DNA of 63,344 nucleotides, filler included, from Sphacelaria rigidula (taxonomy: Eukaryota): assembly GCA_964200075.2 (NCBI GenBank). It is 8 parts of 8 records of this genome, joined end to end, with 100 filler letters (N's around TTAATTAATTAA, not from the genome) between each part and the next. Parts side by side here need not be neighbours in the genome. Positions count along the whole stretch, not along the records: positions 55,515 to 63,344 come from CAXNAA020013326.1; 7 more parts are not named here. One strand, written 5' to 3'. Both the position numbers and the translations under genes were made by a program. Within the stretch, counting starts at the first letter, position 1. Every line of letters begins with the position of its first letter. Below the pieces are notes generated by a model. It was not told where the DNA came from and searched no databases. It was given only the letters and a program-made list of their open reading frames with translations. Below, piece by piece: positions 61,600-63,344 of this stretch.

Positions 61600-63295
61600 C
61601 AGCTGTGGCTAGGTGCACCTCACGAATGTGATGTGCACACGTGTCGATGGTGATATCACCAGAGAGAGAAGCAACGACAGAGAAGAAGCTCCTCGCCCGC
61701 GCCCTTTGTGTGTCCTCGCTTGGCGACTATCAAACTCTCGAGAGACTGGCATCATCGATCTTACCAGCATGTACCGAATTTTTCATGTGCCAGAGCATCG
61801 ACATGCGGAGAGATTCCGTCGTCTCTTCTTGCCTATCGCCAACGCGAAGATCGATTTCTCTCTACCTCTACTTTTGGACAGGACGTGCCTCTGTGCCCTG
61901 AAAAATATCTTGAAAAAATAGAGCAATCTTCCTGTCACCGCTACTACTACTGTTAACATCTACCTGTCCATCAACACCTTTATTCCGGGAATTGAGCTGT
62001 TCGTCCTATCTTTCTGTTGTAGATGTCATAAACTCCTTGGCGGGTCGCGCCAGAGATGACTTTCGATTGACCTTTTCCCGACTGTTCCGCGAGTCATTTT
62101 CCAACGAGCCAGATTTCGCCCACACGGCAGAGACACGTCGCCCCTTTCTAAATCACTTTCTCCCGTCCACCCAGTATCCCTCTGCGGAGCATCTTAAAAA
62201 ACATTTCGTGAGTGTCATATTTCGGACAAATGAAGGTAGTTCACAGAGACGAAACTTGTAGAGCGCTGTTGTTGGAGCGTTACTTCGTTGATTGACGGGT
62301 GAAGATCGCGCCGTGTTGCACAACACGGAGGGAAGAGCAAATCACGCTGTTCCCGTCGCGTGCCAAGTGGTTCGTTCGACAAAACCACGGGCACCTATCT
62401 GCACGGTATTGATTCGTGTTGGCTCGCCGCCGGTAGTACAATGAGAACGAAATGCAAGAGGTCTGTGAGGCTGCGGACTACGGGAGGGTCTTCGATACAC
62501 CGGCCAGTCACCACTTCATCGACAAGTGATATGTGCAGATGAGCAGAGATGACGCACTGGATACCATGTGCGTGCTCGGTCGAGGTACGTGATTTTTTCG
62601 AACTTGGCGCCTGCATACTCTTCGGATCAACAAGTAGCGTACATGGTACGGTCCGCATGTGCGACGATATCCTGTATTTTTTTACCGCAGGTGACGCAAG
62701 CGCGAGATGTCAGCGATCGCGTGTGCGGACCGCTCATGGGCATCATGCACTCCACAGGTGAGAGGCACTTCTATTGTTGTTGTAGTGCATCTTGACGGCG
62801 TCTTGATATGATGGCGCATGTCACTGCACAGTCCTGTAGTGTGCTGCAGTATGTCGAGGCGGTTTGATCTGCGTAGAGGATTGTCTCGTATGCTGTGCTG
62901 TTTTTGTGTTCCGTGCTGTACAAATGGGAGAAAACAAAACGCTGTCGACACTATTGGAAATCTCACGCGATGGTGGCCCAGGCGTCATGTCCTACCTGTG
63001 TGCCGAAAAAATTACATGTGCACCCGGGTGCACCATCTGCACCCTCGGATATTGGCGAAACACGTGCGGCTGGCCTGTGTCGCATGACCACCCCGATCGT
63101 GGTGACTTGGATCACACTCTGTTCAATCGGAGCCAGCGCATCCAATGCGGAATACAGTCCGTAGTACAGCAGTATAATGATGTCGCACCCCCTCATATCT
63201 CTCGCTACTCGTCGCGTGGTCGAGTCTGGGTGACTTCCCATTGCCAGCTCGAACATAAAAGACAATGCTCTGTAACAGGGTTGCCAGAAAAATGA
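61600..63295 (+). pseudogene. Decayed KDZ (Kyakuja-Dileera-Zisupton)-type transposase
   Basis: Motifs in the expected order across frameshifts: YLHGIDS (~62395), CRHYW..GGPGVMSYLC (62943-63002), LGY (63044), PIVVTWITLCSIGASASN (63090-63150, like vvYD.aC.l) and WVTSHCQLEHKRQCS (63227-63272, like vD.fH...H..Cs). Confidence 0.5.
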
Positions 63296-63344
63296 GAACG
63301 TATTTTGAAATGAGAATCAACCGCTCCCCGGAATTGTGTCCATT

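Noticed and set aside
1..63344. Fanzor/TnpB, intact RT, Helitron Rep/helicase or viral hallmark genes
   Set aside because: I recognised no RuvC, YxDD, HUH/PIF1 or NCLDV core motifs in the ORF track. Highly decayed copies cannot be excluded without HMM searches.

Overview
This window is eukaryotic nuclear DNA, most likely from a brown alga (Phaeophyceae). That call is inferred from short exons in long repeat-filled introns, an ASAF-type plastid-targeting motif, TTAGGG-type telomeric motifs and the repeat landscape. It is not one locus. Eight unrelated contigs of 7,830-7,832 bp are joined by artificial 100-bp spacers (44 N + TTAATTAATTAA + 44 N): 1-7832, 7933-15763, 15864-23694, 23795-31624, 31725-39554, 39655-47484, 47585-55414 and 55515-63344. 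Host-gene pieces I can support: one MMS19 exon; a probable 5-exon gene with a UBA-like N-terminus; two exons of a coiled-coil protein; one Lys-rich exon; a divergent pair of first exons, one with an ASAF motif; three exons of a two-finger AN1 zinc-finger (ZFAND2/Cuz1-like) gene with a probable GC-AG intron; and a 387-aa ORF with 22-aa tandem repeats. Most of the remaining sequence is mobile DNA: tRNA-derived SINEs sharing a 3' tail with a LINE remnant, many MITEs (Tc1/mariner-, Ginger-, CACTA- and hAT-like, several carrying telomeric repeats), poly-C-associated elements with a direct repeat plus tail, gag-like fragments, a 259-bp tandem array and a decayed KDZ-type transposase. I see no intact novel system. 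The best leads are the KDZ remnant with its array and repeat ORF (contig 8), the poly-C-targeting element families and the telomere-repeat MITEs. All family assignments come from motif recognition by eye, not database searches.
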